A stretch of 64,000 nucleotides of DNA from an uncultured delta proteobacterium (GTDB lineage: Bacteria; Desulfobacterota; Binatia; HRBIN30; BPIQ01), in the NCBI GenBank assembly GCA_963761335.1, contig CAVXGR010000018.1, positions 800,001-864,000 of the forward strand. Direction: 5' to 3'. The position numbers were made by a program, and so were the translations under genes. The notes under the pieces are model-generated. The model was not told the DNA's origin and searched no databases. It saw only the letters and a list, made by a program, of their open reading frames with translations. Below are positions 1 through 8,909 of the stretch, one piece after another. Every line of letters begins with the position of its first letter. Positions within the stretch are counted from its first letter, which is position 1.

Positions 1-275
1 TGGCGGCGCTGCTCTTCGGTCAGCTCCCCCAGCCGATCGCTCAGCTGGCGGATCTGCTCGCGCAGCTGCTGGAGCTCGGTGCCCGGGGTCTGCTGACCCT
101 GGCCGACATCCTCGACCGGCTTGGCGACGTCGGGGCGCGGCTTCGGCGCCTCGGCCCCCCGGGTAGGAGTGGAGGGCAGCGCCACCACCATGCTGCTCAA
201 CAGGATGCCGAACCAGACCCCCCACTGCCCTGCTCGCACAGACACGCCCTCCGCCGCGTCTTGTATGCGATGCAT
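1..275 (-). CDS. Partial (runs off window) secreted protein with N-terminal coiled coil, possibly porin/outer-membrane type
   Basis: My own translation of the minus strand from ATG at 275: MHRIQDAAEGVSVRAGQWGVWFGILLSSMVVALPSTPTRGAEAP...ELQQLREQIRQLSDRLGELTEEQRR. Hydrophobic signal-like segment then a heptad pattern; open to position 1. Start uncertain. Confidence 0.55.
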   Translation of the reverse strand, partial: MHRIQDAAEGVSVRAGQWGVWFGILLSSMVVALPSTPTRGAEAPKPRPDVAKPVEDVGQGQQTPGTELQQLREQIRQLSDRLGELTEEQRR

Positions 276-487
276 CGGCGATTCGTCAATTGCGCTTCCC
301 GGCGGCGCGCAGCGCCATCGCTTGCGTTCGCAAATAGAGTGCTTCTGCAATCCTTTCGGGAGATTCGTATCTTGACAAGTATTCGCCGACTCTACTAAAC
401 CCCCGAACTGGCACTGCTAGGGGGGCCGCCACAGGGCCCGTCACGGAAGCGACCGAGATTGTTGGCACTGGAGTAGAGGAGGGTGAA

Positions 488-1855
488 ATGAAGCGAGTCT
501 TGTGTCTGCTGTTGGGCGCCCCGGCGATTGCCGGGCTCGTCTTTCTGTCCGGCTGTGGCGACGGCGTCGAGCCGCGCCCCGCCACTCCAACGGTCCCGGC
601 GACCCAAACGCCGATTCCGCCGACCAACACGCCGGCGCTGACGGTGACGCCGAAACCGACCGATACCCCGTCCGGTCCCACCGTTCCCCCGACCCCGACC
701 GCCACCGGCTCTCCCCCTGTGGCCGTCTGCGGCAACGGCGTCATGGAGGGCAGCGAAGAGTGCGACGACGGCAACAACTACGGCGCTGACGGCTGTGCCG
801 CCAACTGCACCTTGGAGCAGAAGATCACCTTGGATCTCGGCATTCCGAACTGTGTCGGCGGGGAGTTCGACGGCGTCGCCTGCGATGCCTCGCAGCCCAA
901 CTTCGGCTGCAGCACCGGTACGTGTGGCTCGACCAGCCTGACGGTAGTCCACTCTACTCTGATCAACATCTACCTCCTCATATCCGGCATGCAGAGCTTC
1001 GAGATCGGTGGCATTACCGGGGCTGGCGGGACAACCGGCGCCGATGGCTTCACGGATTTCAACGAGGGCGAGATCCCGGTGGCCGCGAATGTGACGGACA
1101 GCAAGCTCGACACCATTCCGATCCCGGGTATCGGCTGCGCCTGTGTTCGCGGGCGGCCCGTGAAGAGCTGCGGAGGGCGGCCACTGCTTCCTGGCAACGG
1201 AATCGTCGACTGCACCGCCACCTGCGAGGGCGGTGACGAGGACGGGCTGTTCTGCGACCCAGAGGGTGGTGCGGGAAGTACGTGCCCCGGTGGCACTTGC
1301 ATGGCCAGGGATTCGCTGTGCGATGGCACCGATCAGGGCGCCTGCGCTTTCACTCACGGGTCAGGTAGATCGGCCTCTGGCGTGTTCGGCTGCAACGGTC
1401 TGACCGACATCGATTACGCCGTCACCCTGGACAGCACGGATACGAACGAGGCGACTCGCTCGACGTTCACGCGCAGCGGCGGCCAAGCGCCGGCAGGGTC
1501 AGCCTTCATCCTCAACAGCACGGCGATCGGCACGATCACCGGCAACTGCAGCAACGGCTCGGGCAACCCCGGGCTGGGTCCCGATGGCATCGCCTGCACG
1601 CCCGACGATCCGGCCCAGGGGCAGACCACAACCATTCCGCAGACCACCGGATCGGTGGCGGCCACGCTGACCCACGCCAACAACATGCCGAATGGGCAGA
1701 CCCTGTCGTGTACCGACCAGGGCAGTCCGGTCAGCAGCTGCGAGGCTCTCCTCGCCGGCAACGCCAGCGGCGCCGCCTTGGCGAACGCCTTCAACAGCGA
1801 GGACGTGGCCATTGTCGGCGACATTGCCGTCTGCGGGAAGTTCGTGGCGCAGTGA
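488..1855 (+). CDS. Cys-rich lipoprotein: Pro/Thr linker, Myxococcus Cys-rich repeat (DUF4215-like), divergent copy of the Cys-rich C-terminal module
   Basis: GAGGAGG RBS; lipobox LSGC; CGNGVMEGSEECDDGNNYGADGCAANC motif; GPDGIACTPDD resembles GADGIPCTADD of the 8910/12953/16119 proteins. Confidence 0.8.
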   Translation: MKRVLCLLLGAPAIAGLVFLSGCGDGVEPRPATPTVPATQTPIPPTNTPALTVTPKPTDTPSGPTVPPTPTATGSPPVAVCGNGVMEGSEECDDGNNYGADGCAANCTLEQKITLDLGIPNCVGGEFDGVACDASQPNFGCSTGTCGSTSLTVVHSTLINIYLLISGMQSFEIGGITGAGGTTGADGFTDFNEGEIPVAANVTDSKLDTIPIPGIGCACVRGRPVKSCGGRPLLPGNGIVDCTATCEGGDEDGLFCDPEGGAGSTCPGGTCMARDSLCDGTDQGACAFTHGSGRSASGVFGCNGLTDIDYAVTLDSTDTNEATRSTFTRSGGQAPAGSAFILNSTAIGTITGNCSNGSGNPGLGPDGIACTPDDPAQGQTTTIPQTTGSVAATLTHANNMPNGQTLSCTDQGSPVSSCEALLAGNASGAALANAFNSEDVAIVGDIAVCGKFVAQ

Positions 1856-1865
1856 CGCAGCAAAC

Positions 1866-1895
1866 GTCCGGGGGTGGTTCAATCCACCCCCGGAC
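1866..1895 (+). terminator. 12-bp perfect hairpin, probable terminator or mRNA stabiliser
   Basis: gtccgggggtgg-ttcaat-ccacccccggac just after the stop at 1855; weak U tract. Confidence 0.55.
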
Positions 1896-1943
1896 TCATT
1901 CCTTCCGCAATTTGGGTGCAGGGATGAGGGGGGTGTTCTTCGC

Positions 1944-2588
1944 GTGAATCGAGCGGATCATGCCTGGCTGCGGTCGATAGCCCGTCTCGCCATCGCCGCT
2001 GCGGTTGTCGCCATCGCCGCTTTCCCCTGCGGCGCGCAGGCCCAGAAAATGGCGCCTGACGGGGCCAGAACGGCTTTGCCAGATGGATTCGGCAAGGCCA
2101 AGCTGGGAATGTCGCCGCAGGAGGTCGCCAAGCTGTATCCGGAGCTGAAGAAGCTCGACCGGGAAGTTCTGGGTGCGACGCCAGTGTTCAGTCCCTTTGT
2201 GGTGCGGCAGCTCATCCCGTCGGTGGCACTTGCAGGTGCGCCTCACCCGGTCCCCGTCGAGCTGCGCTACTGGAAGGACAAGCTCTGGGTGATCATCGTC
2301 TACAACGGCCAGAACTCCGACGAGCAGATGACCGACGCCTTTACGGCGCTGTGCGGTAAGCCGTCTGCGGACAAGCCCGGCCCGGCGTGGTTTGGGGAGA
2401 AGGTGTCGATCTCCTCGGCGCCGAAGCAACACTGGTACGCGCTGGCGGACAACGCCCTGAGCAAACAAGCGCAAGAGCTCTTCGCCGAGGAAATGGCCAG
2501 GCAGCGTCAGATGGCGGCGCGCCGTGGCGCCGCAGCGGTGCCGGCAGCCTCGGCGCCGGCGGCGGCCGCCGAGTCAGGGGGGAAGTAA
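1944..2588 (+). CDS. Secreted hypothetical protein
   Basis: In-frame GTG at 1944 gives a signal peptide ending AQA-Q; the longer 1692 ORF overlaps the upstream gene and hairpin. Confidence 0.65.
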   Translation: MNRADHAWLRSIARLAIAAAVVAIAAFPCGAQAQKMAPDGARTALPDGFGKAKLGMSPQEVAKLYPELKKLDREVLGATPVFSPFVVRQLIPSVALAGAPHPVPVELRYWKDKLWVIIVYNGQNSDEQMTDAFTALCGKPSADKPGPAWFGEKVSISSAPKQHWYALADNALSKQAQELFAEEMARQRQMAARRGAAAVPAASAPAAAAESGGK

Positions 2589-2752
2589 TGCGACCGGGCG
2601 CTCGGAGGCCGCGAGGTCGCGCCGCGGACTCGCGAGTTTCTTCTGCATTGAAGATACGTTGGAGCAATTCAGGTCTTGACGGAGTTGTCGGGGCAGTGGT
2701 AGCGAGCAAGGTGCTCGTGCTGCGCTCTTGTTGCCTTCCGGGAGGTGTGTGA

Positions 2753-5341
2753 ATGAAGCGGCGAATCTCAGTCCGATCTGGAATCTTCCTATCCCTGCTT
2801 CTCTCTGCGGCGATGCTCGCCGGTTGCGGCGGCGACTCCGAGGTGACCGTCGTCCAGCCGATTCCGGTGACGGTGTCCGGTCAGGTGCAGCTGCCGCCCG
2901 CTTCGTTGGCACAGGCGCCGTCCTGGATCCGCCGCATCGCGGAGATCGTGGTGGCGCGCGCCGAGGCATTGATGGGCATCGCTCCGGCACCGAACGTCGA
3001 GGTCGACGCCGTCGGCGCCACCGACTCCGATCTGATCTCCCCCGAGGCCACTGGAGTTCTGCAGCCGGTCGGCGTGACGCTGACCGACGCCGACGGAGTC
3101 TACTCCGTGCCGATCGGTGAGCTGTCCCTCGACGGCTGCAACGGCGATGCCCAGCGTGTCGTCGTTCTCGCCCGCGCCGGCGGGATTACCCGCGCCTTCG
3201 CGTCGCGCCAGACCAGCGTCGACATCAACGCCGCCAGTGAGGCCGTGGTTCGCCTGGTGGCCGAGCGCATCACCGCCGATCCCGGCCTGAGCATCTGCGA
3301 TCTCACCAATGCCGAGATCGACAACATCCAGGGCGCCGTTTCGACGGCCACACTCGACGTCTCGGGCGCCACGGTCGACGAGATCAACAACAACGCCTTC
3401 GAGGCTGCGGCCGCGGACGAGGCGGTCAACGCCGCCCTCGACGCCGCCTTCGGAACCACAGGCTCGCCCACGCCGACGGCGACGCCGACCACCACCGGCA
3501 CCCCGGCAACGGCGTCGCCGACGGTCACCGCCGGGGCGGCGACGCAGACGCCGGTCGAGACACAGACCGGCGGCCCGACGGAAACCGCGGTCCCCGCGAC
3601 TTCTACTCCGATCTCGACCTTCACCCGCACGCCGACGATGCCGGTGGTGATGTTCACCTTCACTCCTACTTCGACGATGGTGCCGGTCACCCCGCCCACC
3701 GAGACGGAGACGCCGGCGCCGACCGAGACTCCCACTCCGGGACCGGAGATCGCCATCGGCACCGCCAGCGGCAACCCGGGCGATACCGTCGAGGTGCCGC
3801 TCTCGCTGCAGAGCAATGGCCCCAACATCATTCTCATTGCACCTCTGGAGATCACCTTCGATCCGGACGTCCTGACCTTCACCACTTGCACCTCACTGCT
3901 CTCCGCCGACTACACGGTGCAGGCGGCCAACCCCGACTCGGGCCTGCTGCGCTTGGTCGTGCAGTCGGGCGCCAACCTGGTGATTCCCGACGGCGAGTTC
4001 GCCACCTGCAGCTTCGAGATCGCAGCCTCGGCGACCCCGGGCGCGACCACGACTGTCGGCTTCCAGGCGGCCGGCATGAGCGACGACAACTTCAACGACA
4101 TCACCGGCTCCGGCGTCGACGGCTCGGTAACGGTCGCTGGCGGCGCCACGGAGACGCCGACGGAGACCGCTGTGGTGGAGACATCGACTCCCACTGTCGG
4201 TGGGCCCACGGAGACGGTCACGCCGATGGCCACGGCGACGCAGGCGCCGAACCTGCCCTCGATTACTATCGGTACGGCGAACGGCGACCCGGGTACAATG
4301 GTCTCGGTGCCGGTTTCCCTGAACAGCAACGGTGTCGACATCATCCTGATCGGGCCGCTCGAGTTCACCTTCGACCCGGCCGTCCTGACCTTCAACAACT
4401 GCACCTCCTCGCTGCCCGGTGATTACACGGTTCAAGCGGCGAACCCGGAAACGGGGTTGGTTCGTATGGTCATTCAGTCGGGGGCCAACCTCGTCATTCC
4501 GAACGACCAGTTGGCGACCTGCAGCTTCACCATCTCCGCCTCGGCAATGACAGGTACGACCACGCCGTTGACCTTCCAGGCGGCCGGGATGAGCGATGTG
4601 GACTTCAACGACATCACCGGGGCTGGCGTCAATGGCGAGGTTGGCATCGGCGCCGCCGCCGCGACGCCGACGGCCACGGTGACCGAGACCGCAGTGCCGG
4701 CTACCGAGACCGCAGTGCCGGCCACAGAGACCGCAGTGCCGGCCACAGAGACTGCGGTGCCGGCGACTGAGACTGCGGTGCCGGCGACTTCGGTGCCGGC
4801 GACCGAAACTGCGGTGCCGGCGACCGAGACTGCGGTGCCGGCGACCGAGACTGCGGTGCCGGCGACGGAGACTCCGGTGCCGCCGACCGCAACCGCGGTG
4901 CCGGCGACCCAGACGCCCACGGCGACCACCGGCATCTCCGGGCCCTCGATTGCCATTGGCTCCGGCACGGGAGCGCCAGGGGGAATGGCCTCGATACCGG
5001 TATCGCTGAGCAGCGGAGGCACCGACATCATCTTGATCGGGCCGCTCGAGTTCACCTTCGATTCTGCGGTGCTGACGTTCAACAGCTGCACCTCGTCGCT
5101 GCCGGGAAGCTACACGGTGCAGGCCGTTTCGCCGAGTGCGGGTCTGGTGCGCATGGTCATCCAGTCGGGGTCCAACCTGGTGATTCCCGACGGCGAGCTC
5201 GCCACCTGCAGCTTCACCATCGCCGCCTCGGCATCTGGCGGAACGATGACGCCGCTGATGTTCCAGGCGGCCGGGATGAGCGATGCGGACTTCAACGACA
5301 TCACCGCCGCGGGGACGGGCGGAATGGTCACCGTGGAGTGA
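2753..5341 (+). CDS. Lipoprotein scaffoldin-like protein A: N-terminal anchor domain plus 3 cohesin-like domains separated by Pro/Thr linkers
   Basis: Lipobox LAGC. Three ~130-aa repeats (~3746-4135, 4259-4648, 4946-5338) with cohesin pattern IG-x3-G-x-PG-x2-V-x-VP...L-x-F-x-FDP-x-VL...IP-x-G-x2-ATCSF-x-I...G-x-V-x-V. Confidence 0.8.
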   Translation: MKRRISVRSGIFLSLLLSAAMLAGCGGDSEVTVVQPIPVTVSGQVQLPPASLAQAPSWIRRIAEIVVARAEALMGIAPAPNVEVDAVGATDSDLISPEATGVLQPVGVTLTDADGVYSVPIGELSLDGCNGDAQRVVVLARAGGITRAFASRQTSVDINAASEAVVRLVAERITADPGLSICDLTNAEIDNIQGAVSTATLDVSGATVDEINNNAFEAAAADEAVNAALDAAFGTTGSPTPTATPTTTGTPATASPTVTAGAATQTPVETQTGGPTETAVPATSTPISTFTRTPTMPVVMFTFTPTSTMVPVTPPTETETPAPTETPTPGPEIAIGTASGNPGDTVEVPLSLQSNGPNIILIAPLEITFDPDVLTFTTCTSLLSADYTVQAANPDSGLLRLVVQSGANLVIPDGEFATCSFEIAASATPGATTTVGFQAAGMSDDNFNDITGSGVDGSVTVAGGATETPTETAVVETSTPTVGGPTETVTPMATATQAPNLPSITIGTANGDPGTMVSVPVSLNSNGVDIILIGPLEFTFDPAVLTFNNCTSSLPGDYTVQAANPETGLVRMVIQSGANLVIPNDQLATCSFTISASAMTGTTTPLTFQAAGMSDVDFNDITGAGVNGEVGIGAAAATPTATVTETAVPATETAVPATETAVPATETAVPATETAVPATSVPATETAVPATETAVPATETAVPATETPVPPTATAVPATQTPTATTGISGPSIAIGSGTGAPGGMASIPVSLSSGGTDIILIGPLEFTFDSAVLTFNSCTSSLPGSYTVQAVSPSAGLVRMVIQSGSNLVIPDGELATCSFTIAASASGGTMTPLMFQAAGMSDADFNDITAAGTGGMVTVE
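4682..4882 (+). repeat. 21-bp coding tandem repeat (TETAVPA)n in the scaffoldin linker
   Basis: TETAVPA x5, TSVPA, TETAVPA x3, TETPVPP; units differ mainly at third codon positions. Confidence 0.9.
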
Positions 5342-5414
5342 TCGTGCAAAGCGGCGGGCTCCGGCAGCGACGGCGCGCTTCGGTCAGTCTCGTAATGTGC
5401 TTGCGAGGGTGTGA

Positions 5415-8400
5415 ATGAAGCAGCGAATCTCAGCAGGGGCCCGTGCGCTGTTGCTGGTTGTGGTTTCGGCGGCGCTGCTTGCCGGTTGCGGCGGCAGCGC
5501 CGAGGTGCTGGTCACTCAGCCGGCGCCGTTGACGGTTGCCGGGCGCGTGCAGCTGCCGCCGGCGTCCTTTGCGCAGGCGCCGTCTTGGCTGCGCCGCTTC
5601 GCGGAGCTGGTTGTCGCCCGGGCCGAGGCCTTGATCGGCGTGGCGCCGGCGCCGAACGTGGGAGTTGTGGTCGTCGGCGTCTCCGACTCGGACCTCGCCT
5701 TTGGAGACGTGACGGCGCTGCCGGCAGTCGGCACCGGGTTCACCGACAGCGAAGGTCTCTACTCGGTGCCGGTCGGAGAGCTGGCCTTTGACGGATGCAA
5801 CGGCGACGGGCAGCGGATCCTCGCCTATACTCAGGCCGGGGGTCTGACCCGCGCTCTGGCGTTTCGGGAGACCAACGTCGATATCGACGCCAGCAGCGAA
5901 GCCGTCGTGCGACTGGTCGCCGAGCGGATTGCCGCAAACCCTCAGCTGAGCGTCTGCGACCTCTCGGACAGCGAGATCGAGAGCATTCTCATCGCCGTCG
6001 CCAATGCCAGCCTCGAGGTCTCCGGTGCCACGGCGGCCGAGATCAACGACAATGCCTTTGCGGCAGCGGCCGCGGATGCCACCGTCAACGCCACTCTCGA
6101 CTCCGCCTTCGGGGTGATCACGTCACCGACGCCGACGTCGACGCCGACCGGGACGAGGACCGCGGGAACGGCGTCGCCGACTGCGACGGCGACTGAGACG
6201 GCAGTCGAGTCGCCGACGGCGACACCGGCCGAGTCGGCGACCGCGACCCCGATTGCGGAAACCGCGACGCCGTCGGTGCCGGCGACCGCGAGCGCGACTT
6301 CGATCCCCACCTTCACGCGCACCCCCACCTCGCCGGCTTTCACTCCGACTTCGACGCGCACGGCGAGCGCCATGCCTTCGCCGACCCTCACCCAGGTGGA
6401 GTCGACCCCGACGCCAACCATGGTGAGCAATCCGTCGACGCCGACGGAGACGGCGCCGCTGCCCACCGTGACCAGCCCGCCGACCGCGCCTCCCACGATC
6501 ACGGCGACGGCGGAAGTGACGCCGACTCAAGCGGCGGGTCTGCCGTCGATCGTCCTGGGGGCGGCGAACGGCGAGCCGGGAAGCACCGTTTCGGTCCCGG
6601 TGTCGCTCGACAGCAACGGCATCGACATCATCTTGATCGGGCCGCTCGAGTTCACCTTCGACGATGCCGTGCTCACCTTCAACAGCTGTACCTCGTCGCT
6701 GCCCGCCGACTACACGGTCCAAGCGGCCAACCCCGAGACGGGATTGGTGCGCATGGTCATCCAGTCGGGGGCGAATCTCGTCATCCCGAACGGAGAGCTC
6801 GCCACCTGCAGCTTCACCATCTCGGCATCGGCTCAGCTCGGTACCTCATCGACGCTGGCCTTTCAGGCGGCGGGGATGAGCGACGCCGACTTCAACGATA
6901 TAACGGGCACAGGGGATGACGGCACCGTCGACATCGGCGCCGCCGAGACGCCGACTCCAACGACGACGAGCACCGTCGCGCTTGCGAGTGAAACGCCGAC
7001 GCACACCGCGGAGCCCACCGCGACGGCGACGGTTGCGGCAGCGACGGCGACGCCCACCGAGATGATGGCGAGCGGGCCGCAGATCGTGATCGACTCCGGG
7101 TCCGCGGCTCCGGGGGATGTGGTGAGCGTGGCGGTATCGCTGCAGAGCAACGGCACGAGCATCATTCTGATTGGGCCCCTGGAGTTCACCTTCGATCCGG
7201 CGGTGCTGACCTTCGGCAACTGCACATCGTCACTTTCAGCCGACTACACGGTCCAGGCGGCCAATCCCGACACGGGGTTGGTGCGCATGGTGATTCAGTC
7301 GGGGGCGAACCTGGTGATCCCGGACGGCCAGCTCGCCACTTGCAGCTTCACGGTGTCGGCCTCGGCCGATCTCGGAGCCATGACGCCACTGAGCTTCCAG
7401 GCGGCGGGCATGAGCGACGTCGATTTCAACGACATCACCGCGGGCGGCGTGAGCGGAGAGGTGACCGTGGGTAGTGCCGAGGCTTCGCCGACAGCCACCG
7501 AGCCGCCGGCGACGGCGACCGCGACCCAGCCGGCGGCGACCGCGACACCGACCGAGACCTCGGTACCGGCGACCGCGACTGAGACCTCGGGACCGCCTAC
7601 GGCGACGTCGGTACCGGCGACCGCCACCAGCACCGTGGCGCCGCCGGCTACCGAGACCTCGACTCCCGTTCCTCCGGCCACCGGGACGGCCACCGCCGTG
7701 CCGCCGAGCACCACGCCGACCGAGATGATGGCGAGTGGACCACAGATCGTCATCGGAGCCGGGGCCGCTGCTCCGGGCGAGATGGCGAGCGTGCCGGTTT
7801 CGCTGCAGAGCAACGGGCCCAGCATCATCCTCATCGGGCCGCTGGAGCTCACCTTCGATCCGGCGGTGCTGACCTTTGAGAGCTGCACCACGTCGCTGTC
7901 GGCCGACTATACGGTTCAGGCCGTCAGTCCCGAGACCGGGTTGGTACGCATGGTGATCCAGTCGGGGGCGAACCTGGTGATTCCGGATGGCGAGCTCGCC
8001 ACCTGCAGCTTCACGGTTTCCGCTTCGGCGGCTCTCGGGACGATGACGCCGTTGAACTTCCAGGCGGCGGGCTTGAGCGACGCCGACTTCAACGACCTCT
8101 CCGCCAGTGGCGTCAACGGCGAGGTGATGGTCGGCGGGGCAGCGGCAACGCCGACGGAGACCGAGGAGATTGCCACCGCGACGGCGACCCAGCCGCTGGC
8201 GACGCCGACGGAAACCGTGGTGCCGGCAACGGCGACCCAGCCCGCGGCGACGGCCACGGCCACGGAGACTTCGGTACCGCCGACGGCGACGAGCACAGCC
8301 CCGCCACCGGCCACCGAGACCAGCACGGCGGTCCCAGCGACGGAGACGCCGACGCAGCCATCGGGACCGCTGATCTCCATCGGCTCCGGGTCGGGTATGC

Positions 8401-8768
8401 CCGGCGACGTGGGGGTTCCGGTGCCGATCTCCTTCAACGGCGCCGGCACCAACATCATTTTGATTGCGCCTTTGGAGTTCACCTTCGACCCGGCAGTGCT
8501 GGAATACGTGACCTGTACGTCTTCCTTGCCTGCCGACTACACGGTCCAGTCGGCGTCGCCGGATCCGGGACTGGTGCGAATGGTGGTTCAGTCAGGGGCG
8601 AACCTGGTGATCCCGGCGGGACAGATCGCCACCTGCAGCTTCACGATCTCCGCCTCGGCTTCAGGGGGCACGATGACGCCGCTGACGTTCCAGGCCGCAG
8701 GGATGAGCGACGAGGAGTTCAACGACCTCTCCGCCAGCGGAATCAATGGGAGTATCGCAGTTCAATAG
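5415..8768 (+). CDS. Lipoprotein scaffoldin-like protein B: paralog of 2753 with 4 cohesin-like domains
   Basis: Lipobox LAGC; N-domain similar to 2753 (VQLPPAS.AQAPSW.RR.AE.VVARAEAL, SEAVVRLVAERI); cohesin-like repeats ~6546-6935, 7080-7469, 7743-8132, 8370-8765; same gtgtgaATGaagc start context. Confidence 0.8.
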   Translation: MKQRISAGARALLLVVVSAALLAGCGGSAEVLVTQPAPLTVAGRVQLPPASFAQAPSWLRRFAELVVARAEALIGVAPAPNVGVVVVGVSDSDLAFGDVTALPAVGTGFTDSEGLYSVPVGELAFDGCNGDGQRILAYTQAGGLTRALAFRETNVDIDASSEAVVRLVAERIAANPQLSVCDLSDSEIESILIAVANASLEVSGATAAEINDNAFAAAAADATVNATLDSAFGVITSPTPTSTPTGTRTAGTASPTATATETAVESPTATPAESATATPIAETATPSVPATASATSIPTFTRTPTSPAFTPTSTRTASAMPSPTLTQVESTPTPTMVSNPSTPTETAPLPTVTSPPTAPPTITATAEVTPTQAAGLPSIVLGAANGEPGSTVSVPVSLDSNGIDIILIGPLEFTFDDAVLTFNSCTSSLPADYTVQAANPETGLVRMVIQSGANLVIPNGELATCSFTISASAQLGTSSTLAFQAAGMSDADFNDITGTGDDGTVDIGAAETPTPTTTSTVALASETPTHTAEPTATATVAAATATPTEMMASGPQIVIDSGSAAPGDVVSVAVSLQSNGTSIILIGPLEFTFDPAVLTFGNCTSSLSADYTVQAANPDTGLVRMVIQSGANLVIPDGQLATCSFTVSASADLGAMTPLSFQAAGMSDVDFNDITAGGVSGEVTVGSAEASPTATEPPATATATQPAATATPTETSVPATATETSGPPTATSVPATATSTVAPPATETSTPVPPATGTATAVPPSTTPTEMMASGPQIVIGAGAAAPGEMASVPVSLQSNGPSIILIGPLELTFDPAVLTFESCTTSLSADYTVQAVSPETGLVRMVIQSGANLVIPDGELATCSFTVSASAALGTMTPLNFQAAGLSDADFNDLSASGVNGEVMVGGAAATPTETEEIATATATQPLATPTETVVPATATQPAATATATETSVPPTATSTAPPPATETSTAVPATETPTQPSGPLISIGSGSGMPGDVGVPVPISFNGAGTNIILIAPLEFTFDPAVLEYVTCTSSLPADYTVQSASPDPGLVRMVVQSGANLVIPAGQIATCSFTISASASGGTMTPLTFQAAGMSDEEFNDLSASGINGSIAVQ

Positions 8769-8909
8769 CGAGGAGTGAGCTCGGCGAGCTGAACGGGAGG
8801 CTTCGGGCAGAGGAGAGAAAAGGGGATTGCCAGCCGGCGCGGATCGTTCGGAATCGAGACCGGCCAGCTGGTACAAGTCACGCGGGCGCTGCTCCCGCAG
8901 GAGGGAATT

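Noticed and set aside
4682..4882. CRISPR array or antifreeze/ice-binding repeat
   Set aside because: No unique spacers; in-frame coding linker with Pro, typical of Pro/Thr spacers; no cas genes.
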